DNA from: Anthoceros angustus
Taxonomy: Eukaryota; Plantae; Anthocerotophyta
Assembly (NCBI GenBank): GCA_010909165.1
Contig: MU008156.1
Coordinates: 496,001 to 560,000 of the forward strand
Direction: 5' to 3'
Length of the DNA stretch: 64,000 nt
The position numbers and the translations under genes are program-made. Positions 36,601 through 49,482 of the stretch are shown in pieces; position 1 is the first letter of the stretch, and every line of letters starts with the position of its first letter. A model generated the notes under the pieces. That model worked only from the letters and a program-made list of their open reading frames with translations, did no database searches and was not told the origin of the DNA.

Positions 36601-38852
36601 CTAAGCCGCGCCAGCGCCGCCTTCCTTCCATCTACAAGGCACACCCCCTGGCCGCCTCTGGCCCACCTGCCCCCACTACCACGGTGAGTGGTCTCCACGA
36701 CCGCCGTGGTCCGCAGCCTGCGTGGTAGGTGTTTCGCCACCTTGGCTGTGTCCTTCCCTCGAGTGCCTTCCACTACCCCGGCCGTAGTCCCGCCACCTCG
36801 CCTCTTCTCTTTTCTCTTCGCCCACGTGCCTCATCCTGCTCCGCTTATACTGCTCCGCCAGCTTATGGACCTTCTCCACCGAGGCCGCCTCGCCTCCCGG
36901 GCTCGCAACAACTCCCTGCATCTCTGGTTTGACTCGTGGGCATCCTTGATTTGAGCCATGAGCGCTTCCTCCTCGTCATGGCTGCACTTCTCCGGCCCCG
37001 CACAAATCCTCCTCAAGCTTGATCTTATCTCCTCTAAGGCCCGCTTGTCTTCCTCCAGCTTGCTTGCGCTTGGCCTCCTTCACAAACCCGGCCTTCACCA
37101 CTTCCTCCCGCCGCCTTGCACACCGAGCCATGTGAGAGCCAAGGCCGCTTGGTCCAACAACCGCTTGGGCCCGGATCATCGGCGTCGCCCCTAATTCCAC
37201 CTGCGGCGGCCCTGCAGACGCCATCCCTCCGTCGAGCACCTTCCTTCCCAACAGTGCGCACCCTCACCAATTCGGCATCCACCTCTGCTGGAGTCCCTTG
37301 AAAATCTCTTCCCATGCCGAGGAGGGGTCCGCTCGAGGTCGCCCCTAATTCCTCTGGGTTGATCATCGCATCCAGTCAAGAAATTTTCTTCCTCGGACCG
37401 CGCCTTCCTCCGCCACCTCCCCGCCGTTTGGCTTTCATTTTCTTTGCTTTTCGTAGCGCACCGCCGACCGGTGACGCGGCCCACCTTCACTTTTCATTGG
37501 GACCCGCCTCGCCTCTTCCTCCTCTTCTTGGTAGAATTTCCTTCTCTTCCTCGAATCGCCTGCCGCCATGGACTCCCACCCGATTCCTCCTCAATTTCCT
37601 CCTTAGGCTCCTCCGCTTCCACTTCACCGACGGCTTCCACATATGAAGGAGGCCACAATTTCACCTACCGTGCAATTAGCATGCGCATAAAGATGAACTA
37701 GGAATGGTGAAATTAGAGAGGGCCGAGGAGAAATCGATTCAACCTTTCTTCACTCAACTTCTCAAAGAGGATTCGTCTCAATCGATTTTCGCCTTGACAA
37801 CTTCATGGAGGAACAAGAAAGTGGTCGACAAATAATCGCTTTGTGTCAGAGGAACAGAGAGCCATCCGGCAGACCATTAATCTGCCCCTCGCCGCCCAAC
37901 CATTGGGTTCTTACCCGCCACGGCGGCACGCTGTGCTCCTTTCCGAAGGTTCCATCACCAAACCTCCCGCCTCCTCCTTGCCGCCCATACACTTCCCTAA
38001 CCAATGCCAGTCCCAATCACGAGGTTTTGCTCTAATTCCCTCGGGTTGCTTGTCTTTAGGTGGCGAGCGCACTCGCATCCACCTGTAATTCCACCGCTTC
38101 CATGAACCCCAGCCCGAGCTCCTTCACGGCCCCAGGACTTTCCAATGGTCCATGTTTGGCCATTGGGCAAGCGCATCTCACTGTGGCTTTGGGCGCCATC
38201 CTTCCGCAGAGTCCCCTCGCGCCTCGACGGTGCCACCGCGAATTTCACAAGGTCGCCTGTGGTTCCTACCTCCTCTAAGCGCTGCCGCGCGCCTTCCTTC
38301 CTAGGTTGCGACTTCACCGGTGAGGGTTCGAGGCCTCCACCACGATCGCGCCTCTCGCCTCCGACCGATCGGTCCGCCTCGACTGCCTCGACGACCACGC
38401 TCAGCCCGCCCACTCCTCACTGCCGCCCGCTCCAGCGCCCGCTTGAACGCCTCGTCACCCTACCGGTTTCCTTAGGGTTAAGTTTGGCCTCACTACCACC
38501 GGTTGTCTTCACGACCGCCGCCCATGCCCAATCCACAACCCCATACTCATTCATACCGCTACTGGTCGACCCTAACTTAGACCCTAAACCCCAAATAACC
38601 CCCCTCTCATATATAGACCTTGTAGTGGATATCCGAGGTCCATGGGCCAAGGAACACCAAATTTCCGGACCATTTATTATCTAACCTAGGCAATAAAACA
38701 AAAGAACTCCATAGGCCAAGGACATTTTTACTATGAATATCCCTAACCACCGTCAATAACTTATTTTCACACCACTCCTCAAAGAAAAACAAAAAATTCA
38801 CTTCGTGGCACATTTTAACAGGGTTTTAGACTAGATCGCTTACACTCCCACA
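33605..38852 (-). mobile_element. 5' LTR (~5.2 kb) of the gypsy element, with an internal ~1.67-kb tandem duplication and coding remnants
   Basis: Element-strand termini TGTGGGAG (38852) ... TCCACA (33605) followed by the PBS; TATA-like TATATAT at ~38610-38616; 35001-36630 repeated at 36673-38300. Confidence 0.78.
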
Positions 38853-41200
38853 TCTGCCTCGATGCTCACTCCGAGCATCAGGCAATCATGGCGTCTCGCC
38901 ATCCCGGCCCCGCCTTGCCACCACTCCTATTCATCCTTAGAGTGAATTGCGCAACATGCGTGAAATCTCCTTCCACCGTAATGGTCTCAGAAAGTCACAA
39001 GGTAAAGGATCAACCTCATGGCGGTGGAGGTGAGTTCCATTCGACCCCAGCAAGACATCATATGTCTTTGCACTGGTGACCAAACATCTCACTTCAATGA
39101 TGCTGGCATCCTTCGTGCCAGGCTTCAATTCAATCTTCACGGGCCTCCTCGTCATTCCCAGTACCTGTTCCTTGGTACCTGCAGAGGTGGTGATGTTCAC
39201 GTCGCTCGGAACGAGCTTGTGTCCGTACAGCTTTAGTGCCTCCTGCACTCGTGCTCCCAGCGGATCCGCCTCCGGTCTACAAGCACGCATCGGAGCATAG
39301 CCATCAAAGGTCACGTGCGTCCCGTTATCAATCATGGCAACACCTCCTTCACCTCGCCTCCGCATCGATGCTCGCCACACAACCGCCATACTAGGAAGAG
39401 ATCTCATGGATTCAAGCTCCTTTCTCAGCCATTCTCGCATGATGTTTTTGAAGTTGTTGCCCTTCACTCCTGCATCCACAAGACTTCATCAGCACCTCCA
39501 TGGCCTTGTCCAAAGAACGCCTCAATGTCTCGACCGTCTTGACACCTTCGTGTGGAGTTTTCCTCGACCGCGGAAACTCTCCGGCATCTTGGTCGATTCC
39601 TGCTCCGCACTTTCGCAGGACGCCTTCACCAAAGTCAACAATGTTTTTCTTGCGCACCGCCATCATGCCAAACGCCTCATCTTCATCGAGTCGAGAACAA
39701 AATCCTCTGCTCACTGGCCATGTTGGCCATCTCCTTCTTGAGCTCCTCCACTTGCCCGAGGAGAGCCTTACGACTTGGGCCCTTGCCCTTCTCCTTCACC
39801 GATGCAAGCTTGGGCTTCACTGGATGAGCTTCCCAACACGCCTCCATGTGACCCCATCCGCCACAAGACTTACAGTTTTTGCCCTTCGGGCCCGGCTTGT
39901 AGTCGATTCAACGCCTTGTGCGCCTCAAGATCCGCCACACTTCACCGCTTGCATTGTTAGTCGGCCTCCTTCGCACATGTGGCTGCCATGTCCCGAGGAT
40001 CGTGCCTCCCAGATCGTATCTTGGGACAACTCGAATTCCGTGTCCTCCAGACCTGCCGCAAGGGCCCTTCACGACTTGATCCTCCAAGTAAGCCCGGCCA
40101 TCGCATCTCCTTTGAGCACCTTCTCAATTTGATAGGCGCCTATCAACCGATATCTCTCTCCCATCGCCCATGCAGCGAGTCCATCACCTTCCTTCTTTGT
40201 CTGCACGCCATGAAGATCTCGCCACACTTCACACCGCTGCGCATTGTTAGGCCTCTCCTTCGCACATGTGGCTTGCCATGTCCCGAGGATCGTGCTCTCC
40301 CGATCGTTGGGACAACTCGAATTCCCGTGTCCTCCTGCACCGCGAAGGGCCCTTCACGACTCGTGATCCTCCAAGTAAGCCCGGCCATCGCATCTCCTTT
40401 GAGCACCTTCTCAATTTGATAGGCGCCTATCAACCGATATCTCTCCCATCGCCCATGCAGAGTCCATCACCTTCCTTCTTTGTCGGGTGCAATGCCGCCA
40501 TGAAGATCTTGCCTCCCTCATCGCCTTGACATCCGTGTCTTCCACCAGAACCTTCAATCTGAGGTAAGATGCACGCAATGTCTCGTTAGGCCTGAAAGAA
40601 AACCTCGACAGTTCCTGGATCTTTTCCAGCGAAGCTGTAGGAAACATGGTGGTTAACTTGGCGAACATCAAGTCCACCGATGCTCGAGCTTGTCCTCGGT
40701 GGGGTGCAACAACCAGCCCTCTTGGCTGCCTCGTGCCTTCTTCTCTTCTCTCGGCTTGAGGATCGGCCTTCTCATCTCGTAATACATTAGAGCCTCACCG
40801 CAAGGTAGGATGACATCTTCATGAACGCCATCCTCCGAGTGAACTCGCCCTTGTATTTCATCTTGTTTTCCGCCATTGCCCATGAAACTTCTCCTCGAAA
40901 TCAGAGACATGCTTCCATGTTTTCCTCGTGAAGACATCGTTTACTTGGTGTGAACTCAAGCTCCATTCTTGCACTCTCCGCTCCAATATCTCCTTGTGGA
41001 TCGCGTTGTCTCGTATTGTTCCTGTCCTCTTGAATGGCGAGTAGTAGGCGTCGTGCACTTCTCCGTGAAGGCAGTAGCAGTGTCCTTTCGCCACCCACCC
41101 CGATCTCGTGAACACCATCAATGGTTACTTCTCCTATGCGACACTTTGCGGATGTTGTCAAAGGGCAAATTGTTTCCACCATTAGCCCAACCAACTAGCC
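38853..41200 (-). mobile_element. Second, degenerate LTR-retrotransposon gag/protease remnant
   Basis: Gag-like FRPNETLRASYLRLKVLVE, knuckle-like GHGSHMC/KCG segments and protease-like ITTSAGTKEQVLG..VRCLVTSAKTYDVLLGS; cut off by the LTR at 38852. Confidence 0.55.
39933..40509. repeat. Two-copy ~287-bp tandem duplication
   Basis: 39933-40219 vs 40220-40509, differing mostly by 1-3-nt indels; each copy contains the palindrome TTGATAGGCGCCTATCAA. Confidence 0.85.
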
Positions 41201-43550
41201 AGAAAAGTACATCCACTGCCTCTATTCACAAACGGCTCCAGACGTATGCGTGCTCTTCTCCGCATCGCTAACTCAAGAATCGTGAGACTACCACACCTAA
41301 GGCGTATAATCAATGGCGAAATTCATCCATCGAAAACATCGCCTTATCTCTTAGTGCCTTACGCAACACTCAACCTTCTCGGATCGCGGTGTCTCACAGG
41401 TTGGATGGTGGACAACTTTCGCCTCTTCCTCCAATCTCCAGCACGCCTCCTCCAAGATCAGATCTTAGTCCCCAACAAGGAGGATTGTTGATGTGGTGAA
41501 ATCAAGATGGAAAATTCTCCCAACACGTAATGCAACGAACCACAAGAACCTCTAGGAGACAAAGACACGAGGGGAGTATGGCTGTCTATTAGAACAAGAC
41601 AAACATCAACAATCCAAGAATCCATGGTCGGGTGCCCACATATATAGGCAAAACCCCGAAGAGTTCTCGATGAAGTGTCCACCGTATCGATGGTGGGCAC
41701 TTTATAATCCTACTTTCCTTGGCCTTCAAATAATAATATTTTATGTGTTTAACAGCCTATTCGCCCTTTTCCTTGATTTTATGATTTTTATGTGTTTTCT
41801 AATATAAATCTGCTATCTATATATGCGTCATAGCACCGCGTCTTACATGCATAACCATGCATATAGATTGCATGCGCCATGACACATCACCTGCCACATG
41901 TCCACATACATTACATGTCATCCTTCATCTCCATACGCATATATGCATACATGGCACTTATGCATACATGGCATACATGTCATACATGTCATACATGTCA
42001 TGCATGTCATGCATGTCATGTACGGGCCATCCATGGGCCATGTACATGACATCATCAAGCACTTGACATCGTGGCTTATGCCGGGATGCTCCAATCGATA
42101 TCCGATCCTTACGTCTTGGGTGCTCTGCTCGGCCTTGACAAGCGAGCACCTCCTCCTCTTCCTTTCCCTCTTCCCCTCTTCCTTCTTCCATCTCCCCCTC
42201 CTCTTCCTTCTTCTCCCCCCCTCCTCTTGTATAACATAATATTATGGAATAAAATGTGATATTATATAGTGTAACATAATATTATGGAATACATATAGGA
42301 GTACTTGGTTAGGGGCAAGGGATAGAAGTTATATTAGAGTGCTTGGGTAAGACAAGGGCTAGAAGTTATGCTGGTAGCTAGAATGAAAAAGTAATTTATA
42401 CCTTTATATAAAATAGAATCATTAACATAATATATAATTATATATAACGTATACATATACGTAACATATATGTATCCCTTATATTTATTAACATATAAGT
42501 ATATACATATCCTAAGTACTTTATCATGGATATAAGTGTACAATAAAAGGGTGCACATTTATTATCATTGTAGGACTTGTTGAAACAAAAAAAATTAGTC
42601 TTCAACCCATGAATAGCTATGGTTAAGTAAAAATATTAATAAAGCAATGGTGAAGGCAATGGTGAAATTATGAGGTAGGAGGAAAATGTGAGAGTTGGAG
42701 GAAATTGTGAGAGTTGGTGGTCCATGTTACAATGATGTTTTGGTGTGGGAGACATTAACAAATAGTTGTCAAGAGAGGGTGTAATGAAGAGGGCAAGATG
42801 AAAAATAAACAAATAGTTCTCCAAAGGGGGTGTAATAAAGAGGGGGAGGACGATAGGGTCTCGAGAGAGAGGGGGCTCCTTGTTACAATCATGTTGCAAT
42901 TGCATGTGGGAAATCATAAACAATGCTCGTGAGAAAGGGGGTGTAATTATGAGGGTGAGGTGCTAGGAGAGAGAGCCAGGTTCGTGTTAAGATGATGGCA
43001 CTACATGGGAAAGAAAGTGACCACCTTAATAGCAAGCCTTCAAAGCATGTTGAAATCTGGAAGTGTAACATAAAATTGTAACAATGACTATAACATAGGC
43101 TGCCCTTTCTAGTAGGGAAGGGAGCAGGTTCTTGGCTTTTGGCCCCACCCACTATCCAGGTGTTCCGCATCGTACCAACAACTTTTCCCACCGCGATGAG
43201 GTTTTCGTTTGAGTTTGGCCCAACCTTTGGCCTACTCTCTCTCAACGTGCGGCTGTGGGCCCCCCTCGATGATTCTGGGACCCACCTAGCTCGTTGTTCA
43301 ACTGGCGGGCAGCGCATTGCTATGCATCACGCCATCCGGGATGTTATGTTCTCGATGGCTAAGGAGAGCGGATTCTCTTGGTATAGAGAGCGCCCATATA
43401 CCCTGCTCAATGGTGTTCCTCTCAGGGCTGACATGTTTTTCACTCAGGGAGACCAAGTTTGTGATGCTGATGTGGTTGTAATAGACCCTACCCGGGACAA
43501 CGTCTATGAGCATGTCCTCAACCCTCTGGGTTGGGTTGCACAAGGGTGTG

Positions 43551-46500
43551 TGTGGACCACGGACTCTCTCTCTAGGTAGGAAATGGGTCAGGTTTTTTTG
43601 TTTTCGTAGGCGTGGAGCGGGAAATAAGGCGGAAAGGAAGAAATAAGTCCGGAATACTCCGGACTGCACTTCGGAGTAGGCTGAAGGACTCCAGAGCACA
43701 CTTCGGAGGAGCTACGGACTACAATCTGAAGGGGGGAGGTCCGGACCACACTCCGGAGTGACGGGGTAAGTGTGGGAGACCACATATACACTAACCCCTC
43801 TCTGAAGTGTTGGGGTGAAAGATTTTTTTTGTTTTGGGAGTGTTTGTATAGCAAAGTGCTTTGAGAATGGCCTGGGTAAGGTCTTTTATACGAGAATGGT
43901 CCTTGGCCCTTGGGATAATAAATTTCTTTTTTGGACCTTAGGTTTTCAATTTTGGATAGGTAGGTCTGAGATAGAGTCCTTGGGTTTTGGTGATTTTAGA
44001 AATAAGAAAGTGTCTATATATGTTAGGTGCCTACATCCCACAAGCCAAGCAAGCTGGAGGTAGCCGCCCACCACGGTGGTCAAGAACGGACGATGCACTG
44101 TGGGAGTTTACAACCCTAGTGGCGAGCGGCTGCCATACTGGAGCAATCGAGAGACGACACACCCAACACCGCGAGGTCGCGAATTCTGTGGCGCCGAGCG
44201 AGTCAGCGCCACAGATGCAACCGCGCCCGGCCGAGTCTCCGCCAGGCAGACGACGCACGCGTGGCAACGGGCGGGCGGAGGAAGGAAACCAGGCAGGCGC
44301 AGCGGAGGGAGGCGCTGAGGCAAGAGCGCCAGAAAAAGGGAGTGGAGGAGACGCGAGGGTGGTGTCCCTTTTCTCACCGCCGCAGGAGGAGGGTCGGGTT
44401 CTTTTCCGGAGAAACAAGGAGAAAGGAGATGGCGCCCGAGTCGCCGAAATTTCACATGCAAGGCCCAACATGGACCACTGGAAGGTGAGAGCGGCCTGCG
44501 TGGAGCCGGGTCTGGAATTTATGGAGAAGAAATGGTGTTACGATACCAAAGATTGGTGCAAGAGTGCGCCCGCAATTGAGAACCAAGTTGCAAGAGGGAG
44601 ACGCGAGGAAGAGGCCGCAAACTGGATTTGGGGCTCTCTTTCGAGCAAGGGGCGAAGCATCGAGGATGGAAGCTTGGTAATTGACCCGAGAAAGAAGACC
44701 CCGAGAGTCGGGCGCGCCATGAAGCCTGGAGAAGTGAGGGTGAACAATGGATGGGTGACTCGCCAACTCGTGTTCCAAGCACTGTGGGATTAGCCAAGTG
44801 GATTTTGTGTTTTCAGTAACCGAAGTTGGATCATATGGCGCACTACTCGGTCTTTCTTCATGAGGTGGTTAAAGGTACACAAATCGATTGGGGCGGATGA
44901 TCTTTGAAAGAGCCTGTGAGGAGAGGGCGAATTGCTCTCCCTTCCCTCGGCCTCCTTGATTTCACCTTTTCTAATTCATGTATTCGCGATTCCGGTGTCT
45001 AACGGAGTTGAAGTCGGTTCCGCCTTCATGGAAACCGGCCGTGAACTCAAGGTAGAGGAGGAGGAGTGTAAGGAGGATTCCGGAAGGATTCCAGCTTGGG
45101 AATGCGCCCCTAGAAGATCTTGGATGAAGGTGGGGAGGTTTCAAGGGCAAGAAGCGGAGGGCGGCACGGCCGAACTGGCAAGAAGGGAAGGACACCAGCA
45201 GAAGAGGAACCCACACCACACCTAGGGTCACCAGTCGAAATCGGCAGGAACGCGAGTGAAGGAGGAGAAAATAAAAGGGAACGACAAGTTGTGCCCTCTG
45301 TGTGTGGGGAGGAGTCGCCGCTAGGAGAGATTGGAGCGGATGAGGAAGTAGTGGCAAACCAACCCCTAGAAGAAGAGGGGTTAGTTTCGATAGCCAAGTC
45401 CGACGGAGCTCGAACATTTTGGCGACATTTCACCGACCCTCCGCAAGTGGAGACAGTGACACCGTGCGGCGAATTGTTGTGGAGGGAATGGGCACGGGCA
45501 GCCCAATTGAATCTGCAGCCCCGACTCGCCATGGCTCGACGCAGCGGATCTCCTCGACCAGCACCATGGCTCTCACCGGCCGAGTGCAGGCCAACAGGAA
45601 AAGTTGCTCAAGGAGAAGTTGGAGAGCCCGAAGGCGAGAACAAGGTGGCGAGGAGCGCAGACGGAATGCGAGGCGGCCCTATGCAAGGCATGTGAGCAAG
45701 GGCCATGTCCACCCAACAGAGGCCTTAGTGAATCAGTCAAGGGGCGATGCCACAATTGAGGAGCTTCAAGATGAGGTCTCATGAGCCTGTGAACAATGGA
45801 AACAATGGCGCCGAGAAATTCAAGAAGTCAAGGAGAGATACAAGCGAGAGAGAGATGAAGCTAGGGCCGAGTCAAGAGAGAGGTGGCCAAACCAAGAAGG
45901 GCAGAGCCAAAGAACCGCAGAGTCAAGCCACCACCGTGGGGAAACTACCACCACGGTGGCTAAACCGGCCACCGTCGCGGAAGGAGGAACCGAGGTGGGG
46001 GAAGTCACCGACAGGAGCGCTGCAGGTGGGGATACGATCCCCCTGGATTCCGGAAGGCAGCCGGCTCAGGATTGTCCACGGGAGGAGAGGGTAAGAACCT
46101 CTGTAGCCGAAGGCGTATTGTGCTACGGCGTCTGGATGAGGATGCTCATGTCCCTGGCTTCTGCCTGCATGGTGAGCGGGTGCTCACTCTAAATGTGTAT
46201 GTGGTTGTTGGGACAGGAGGGGGCAGAAACTATTGGCTGCACATCTTGACCGCCACGGGCGTTTACCAGTGGTTCTTCCGAACGGGAGCGGGGGCCTACC
46301 CCCCCCAAGTGGTGATCGAGGAAATGAGCGAAGCTGAGCTGAGGGAGGAGCACACGGTGGCCGCCCAAACATGAGGAGCGGAATAACAGCATAGGGCCTA
46401 TAGACGCACGACGCCCATGGAAGACGCCAAGAAACCGCAGTGATGCCGAGGTGGAGGTTTTGGGGAGAATCGCTGACTGAGGCGCAAGGTGAGAGCGAGA

Positions 46501-48847
46501 GCGACGGAACCCCACCGCAGGGCTAGGCAAAGAATCATGACGCGGCCGCTGATTTTAGGGAGCGCGACATCATAGGCCGAGGCTTTTTGGGGTAGGGGAT
46601 AGGATGTTTTGAGGACCCGTGGAGTCAGGTTACCGAATTGGTAGGAGCGCTGGTAGTGGGCCATATTTTCTAGACATCGGTAGGAGTGAGTCAGGAATCC
46701 ACAAATGAATGTATAAGAGACCCTTGAGAGTCTCTCTAATGTATAATTACAGTGTGAACTTCCGTGTTGAAGCTATGCGCGAGGTTGGTTGGAGACGCCC
46801 GATCAAGATCAAACTGCTCGATGCACCGCCTCTCACAAGAAGGCCGGAAGATCCCTGGATGGTCGAGAGCGGAGTGGCCAAGCTCCACGCCTGGGAGTGA
46901 CGGAAGGTAACTGACGCACGTCAGAAGAGAGGTAGGGGTTGCCGCGAAAGGTTGAGGCGGAACTGCCGGAAGGCGAATCGCCAAGAACTGACCGGGTTTT
47001 CTCCCGATCTTCTTTCCCAACTGTTGCCACCAGGCGTGTTTCATTCCAAGAGGGGGTCTGTGTGGCCCAAGGTGGGGTCTGTGTGGCCCAAGAGGGGGTC
47101 TGTGTGGCCCAAGATGGGGTCTGTGTGACCTGTGAGGAGAGGGAGAGAAGATTTATTTAGGAAGGGGAAGGTCCCCAAAGGGGAGAGGCTACAAGGGATG
47201 TGTGTGGGGAAGATAGGGAATGGTTAGGGAGAGGAAGTGAGTGGTGGAATCATGGGAAGCGACGGAGTGAGGCGCAGACTCGAGGTCGTGGTGCATAGCC
47301 TGAAGGATCCGAACGGAAATTCCGGAAGCGAAGTGAGGGGCATGTAGGTGTGTATGTCCATAACCCCAAGGTCTCGGAGAAGTCGCGACAGACCCATGAA
47401 GCTGGCAGGTGGGACCCGCCATGTTGGTTGAACCAGCCATCGGTGGCCGAGTCTTCCACGGTGGGTATGGTAGCCGGGAGAGGAGGGGGTAGTGAGCGAC
47501 AGGGTAAGTCTAGAATCCATAGATTTAGAACACCTTGACACAAAACCATTCCCTTGGGATCGAATCCTAGGACTATAACGACATAGAGGGTAAATGTGGC
47601 CTCTTTGCGTCTTCGGATGCAAAAACCCATTCCACAGTAAGTCTGGACCACACTCCGGAGCAGGACGGGATAAGTACGCCAAGTAAAGTAACTTAGGAAT
47701 CGGAGCGTGTTTAGACAAACGGGCCACGTGATCTTGATCGAGAGGTGAACGGCATGCAGCAGCATCAGATCAGACCCAGCCGCGGTCGGTAGGTAGGTAT
47801 TCACGCCCGGCATCAAGCGGCGAAGGCTAGAGCACGCGCGCGTAAGGCGAAGGCCGAGTAAGCGTAAGGCTAGAGTACACGGCGGCGTAAGGCCAGAGTA
47901 AGCGGAAGCGAAGGCACGCCATGCACCTCCACGCGCTGAGCAAGACCCTCCCCGCCTTGACTACTCCCGACGCCGCGGGCCGGAGGAAGGCCATTTTCTT
48001 CGTGACTCGACGAGCTCGCGCCCGCTACCCCGCTTTTGGCGCTATCTTTCGAGGCCAGCACTTCGCGCGCTCACCTTCGTGGTTGGAGCGGCAATGCGGC
48101 GAAGGGGAGCATTGTTATGACACAATCGCCAACAAATGGAGCAAGAAGAACGCGATGGGACCCAAGAAGGCGTGGAGGTATGGGAGCCGGCGCTTGGTGG
48201 AGCGCAACATTGTCACGCTACCTGTGAGATAGACCGGACCGGCCGGAGGAAGGTAAGAATCGTGGAGAAATGGCACTTAGACATCTTCGGGCCATGTTTG
48301 ACGCTCGCTGCCACACGCCGTCCGAGAATATGCTAGGAAGATGTTGGCCGTCGCCAACAAGGAGGTCCGCTCCAAAAGCTTGAGGGAGGACCCTAGGAGG
48401 TGGACCGTGGAGGTCCTGAGGGCGGTTTACAACCGCCCGGTGGAAGAAATTGGGGGCATAGTCCCGGAGCCCCTCAAGGTGAGGGGGAAGGTGGAAGCGG
48501 CGAAGGCGGCCATGCTAAGGCCGGGGACGCAACGGTCGTCCAACGGCTGGTTGATGTCGGACCTGCTGGATAGGCGGGTGAGGGCAGTGGCTAAGGTCAT
48601 TGTCCATTGGAACATGCTCACCAAGGTGGATCACCTTGGTGACAATCTTCTGGTGTTCCTGCACACCCTGCAGTGAGGAAAAAGGGCCGACTGGGGGCGT
48701 ATCATCTTCGCCTGGATCAGCCAGGAGGCCAGGAAGCTACGGAGTGAGAAGCCGTCCCCGTCAGCGCTGTCACCCTTCCTCATCCATGTATGGGGACACC
48801 TCAACCTCCTGAAGGAGGGAGAAGAGGAGCACTACAGTCGCGCCACA
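43551..48847. mobile_element. Solo-LTR-like element (~1.43 kb net), TGTGG...CCACA, TSD GTGTG
   Basis: gtgtg at 43546-43550 and 48848-48852; 5-bp terminal inverted repeat; short internal repeats (ccggaccacactccggag; cgtaaggc). Confidence 0.85.
43771..47636 (+). mobile_element. Solo LTR (3866 bp), TGTGG...CCACA, TSD GTAAG, nested in the previous element
   Basis: gtaag at 43766-43770 and 47637-47641; 3' end homologous to the PBS-adjacent end of the 33605 LTR; TATATA at 44015-44020. Confidence 0.88.
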
Positions 48848-49314
48848 GTGTGCGACTACGAAGGTACACAAGTATTCTCCCATGTAGGATGACCACTTCT
48901 TCGTCCCCTTTGCCATCGAGACCTACGGGGCCATGGGCAAGGATTTCTCTAGATTTGTTAAGGCCTATGTCAAGGCTTACCACAATCGCAAGGATGGGGT
49001 TGGTCTCCCCCTTTCCTGTATTGTGGCTTTCTTTAGGCAATGGGTGTACATCGCCATGTAGAGGGAGTTGCCAACAGCGATAAATAGGATGGCAGGTGAC
49101 GTTGGGATGCGACTTCTTTGGCACCTGTGGTAGGTAGGCCTTTTTCCTATCCCTGACCACGAAATTCTTTGGGCTGTAGGTAGTTTCAAGATGAGCAATT
49201 GTGTGGGTTAGTTCCACTTGGCATAGTTCCGTTTGTTAGGATATTTCCCCTTTCTTTTCGGGGTTCATGGGATTTTCCATCTCTTTTTTATAAAAGTCTC
49301 CGTGTCCCCCGATT

Positions 49315-49482
49315 ATGTATGAACATCCAAGATCAAAGAGTAAATGTCTAGATATGGGTGTGTAATGTGGATAATGTATGAACATCCAATATCCAAGCCA
49401 TAAATGTTCATACATGTGGTGTGTAATGTGGATAATGTATGAACATCCAATATCCAAGAAGTAAATGTCTAGGATGTGGTGC
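49315..49482. repeat. ~60-bp tandem repeat, ~3 copies
   Basis: atgtatgaacatccaa(t/g)atc(c/a)aag..taaatgt..tgtggtgtgtaatgtggata repeated. Confidence 0.85.

Larger units (their letters stand above)
43110..49150 (+). mobile_element. Second CRE-like RLE non-LTR fragment, split by the 43551-48847 insertion
   Basis: GAGSWLLAPP..FPTAMR..LDDSGTHLARCSTGGQRIAMHHAIRDVMF..RADMFF..DVVVIDPTRD..GWVAQGC | ATTKVHKY..HFFVPFAIETYGAMG..FFRQWVYIAM. The frame is restored on removing the insert and one TSD copy. Confidence 0.8.

Noticed and set aside
26169-38852. A single intact full-length LTR retrotransposon
   Set aside because: Flanks do not match (GGAGG or GTCTA vs TCTGC), the 3' LTR is partial, and no RNase H or integrase is visible.
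41840-42560. CATACATGT-type and AT/CT low-complexity tracts with short ORFs
   Set aside because: Simple-sequence DNA; the ORFs are compositional artefacts.
49315-49482. CRISPR-like array
   Set aside because: Plain tandem repeat with no unique spacers, in a eukaryotic context with no cas genes.
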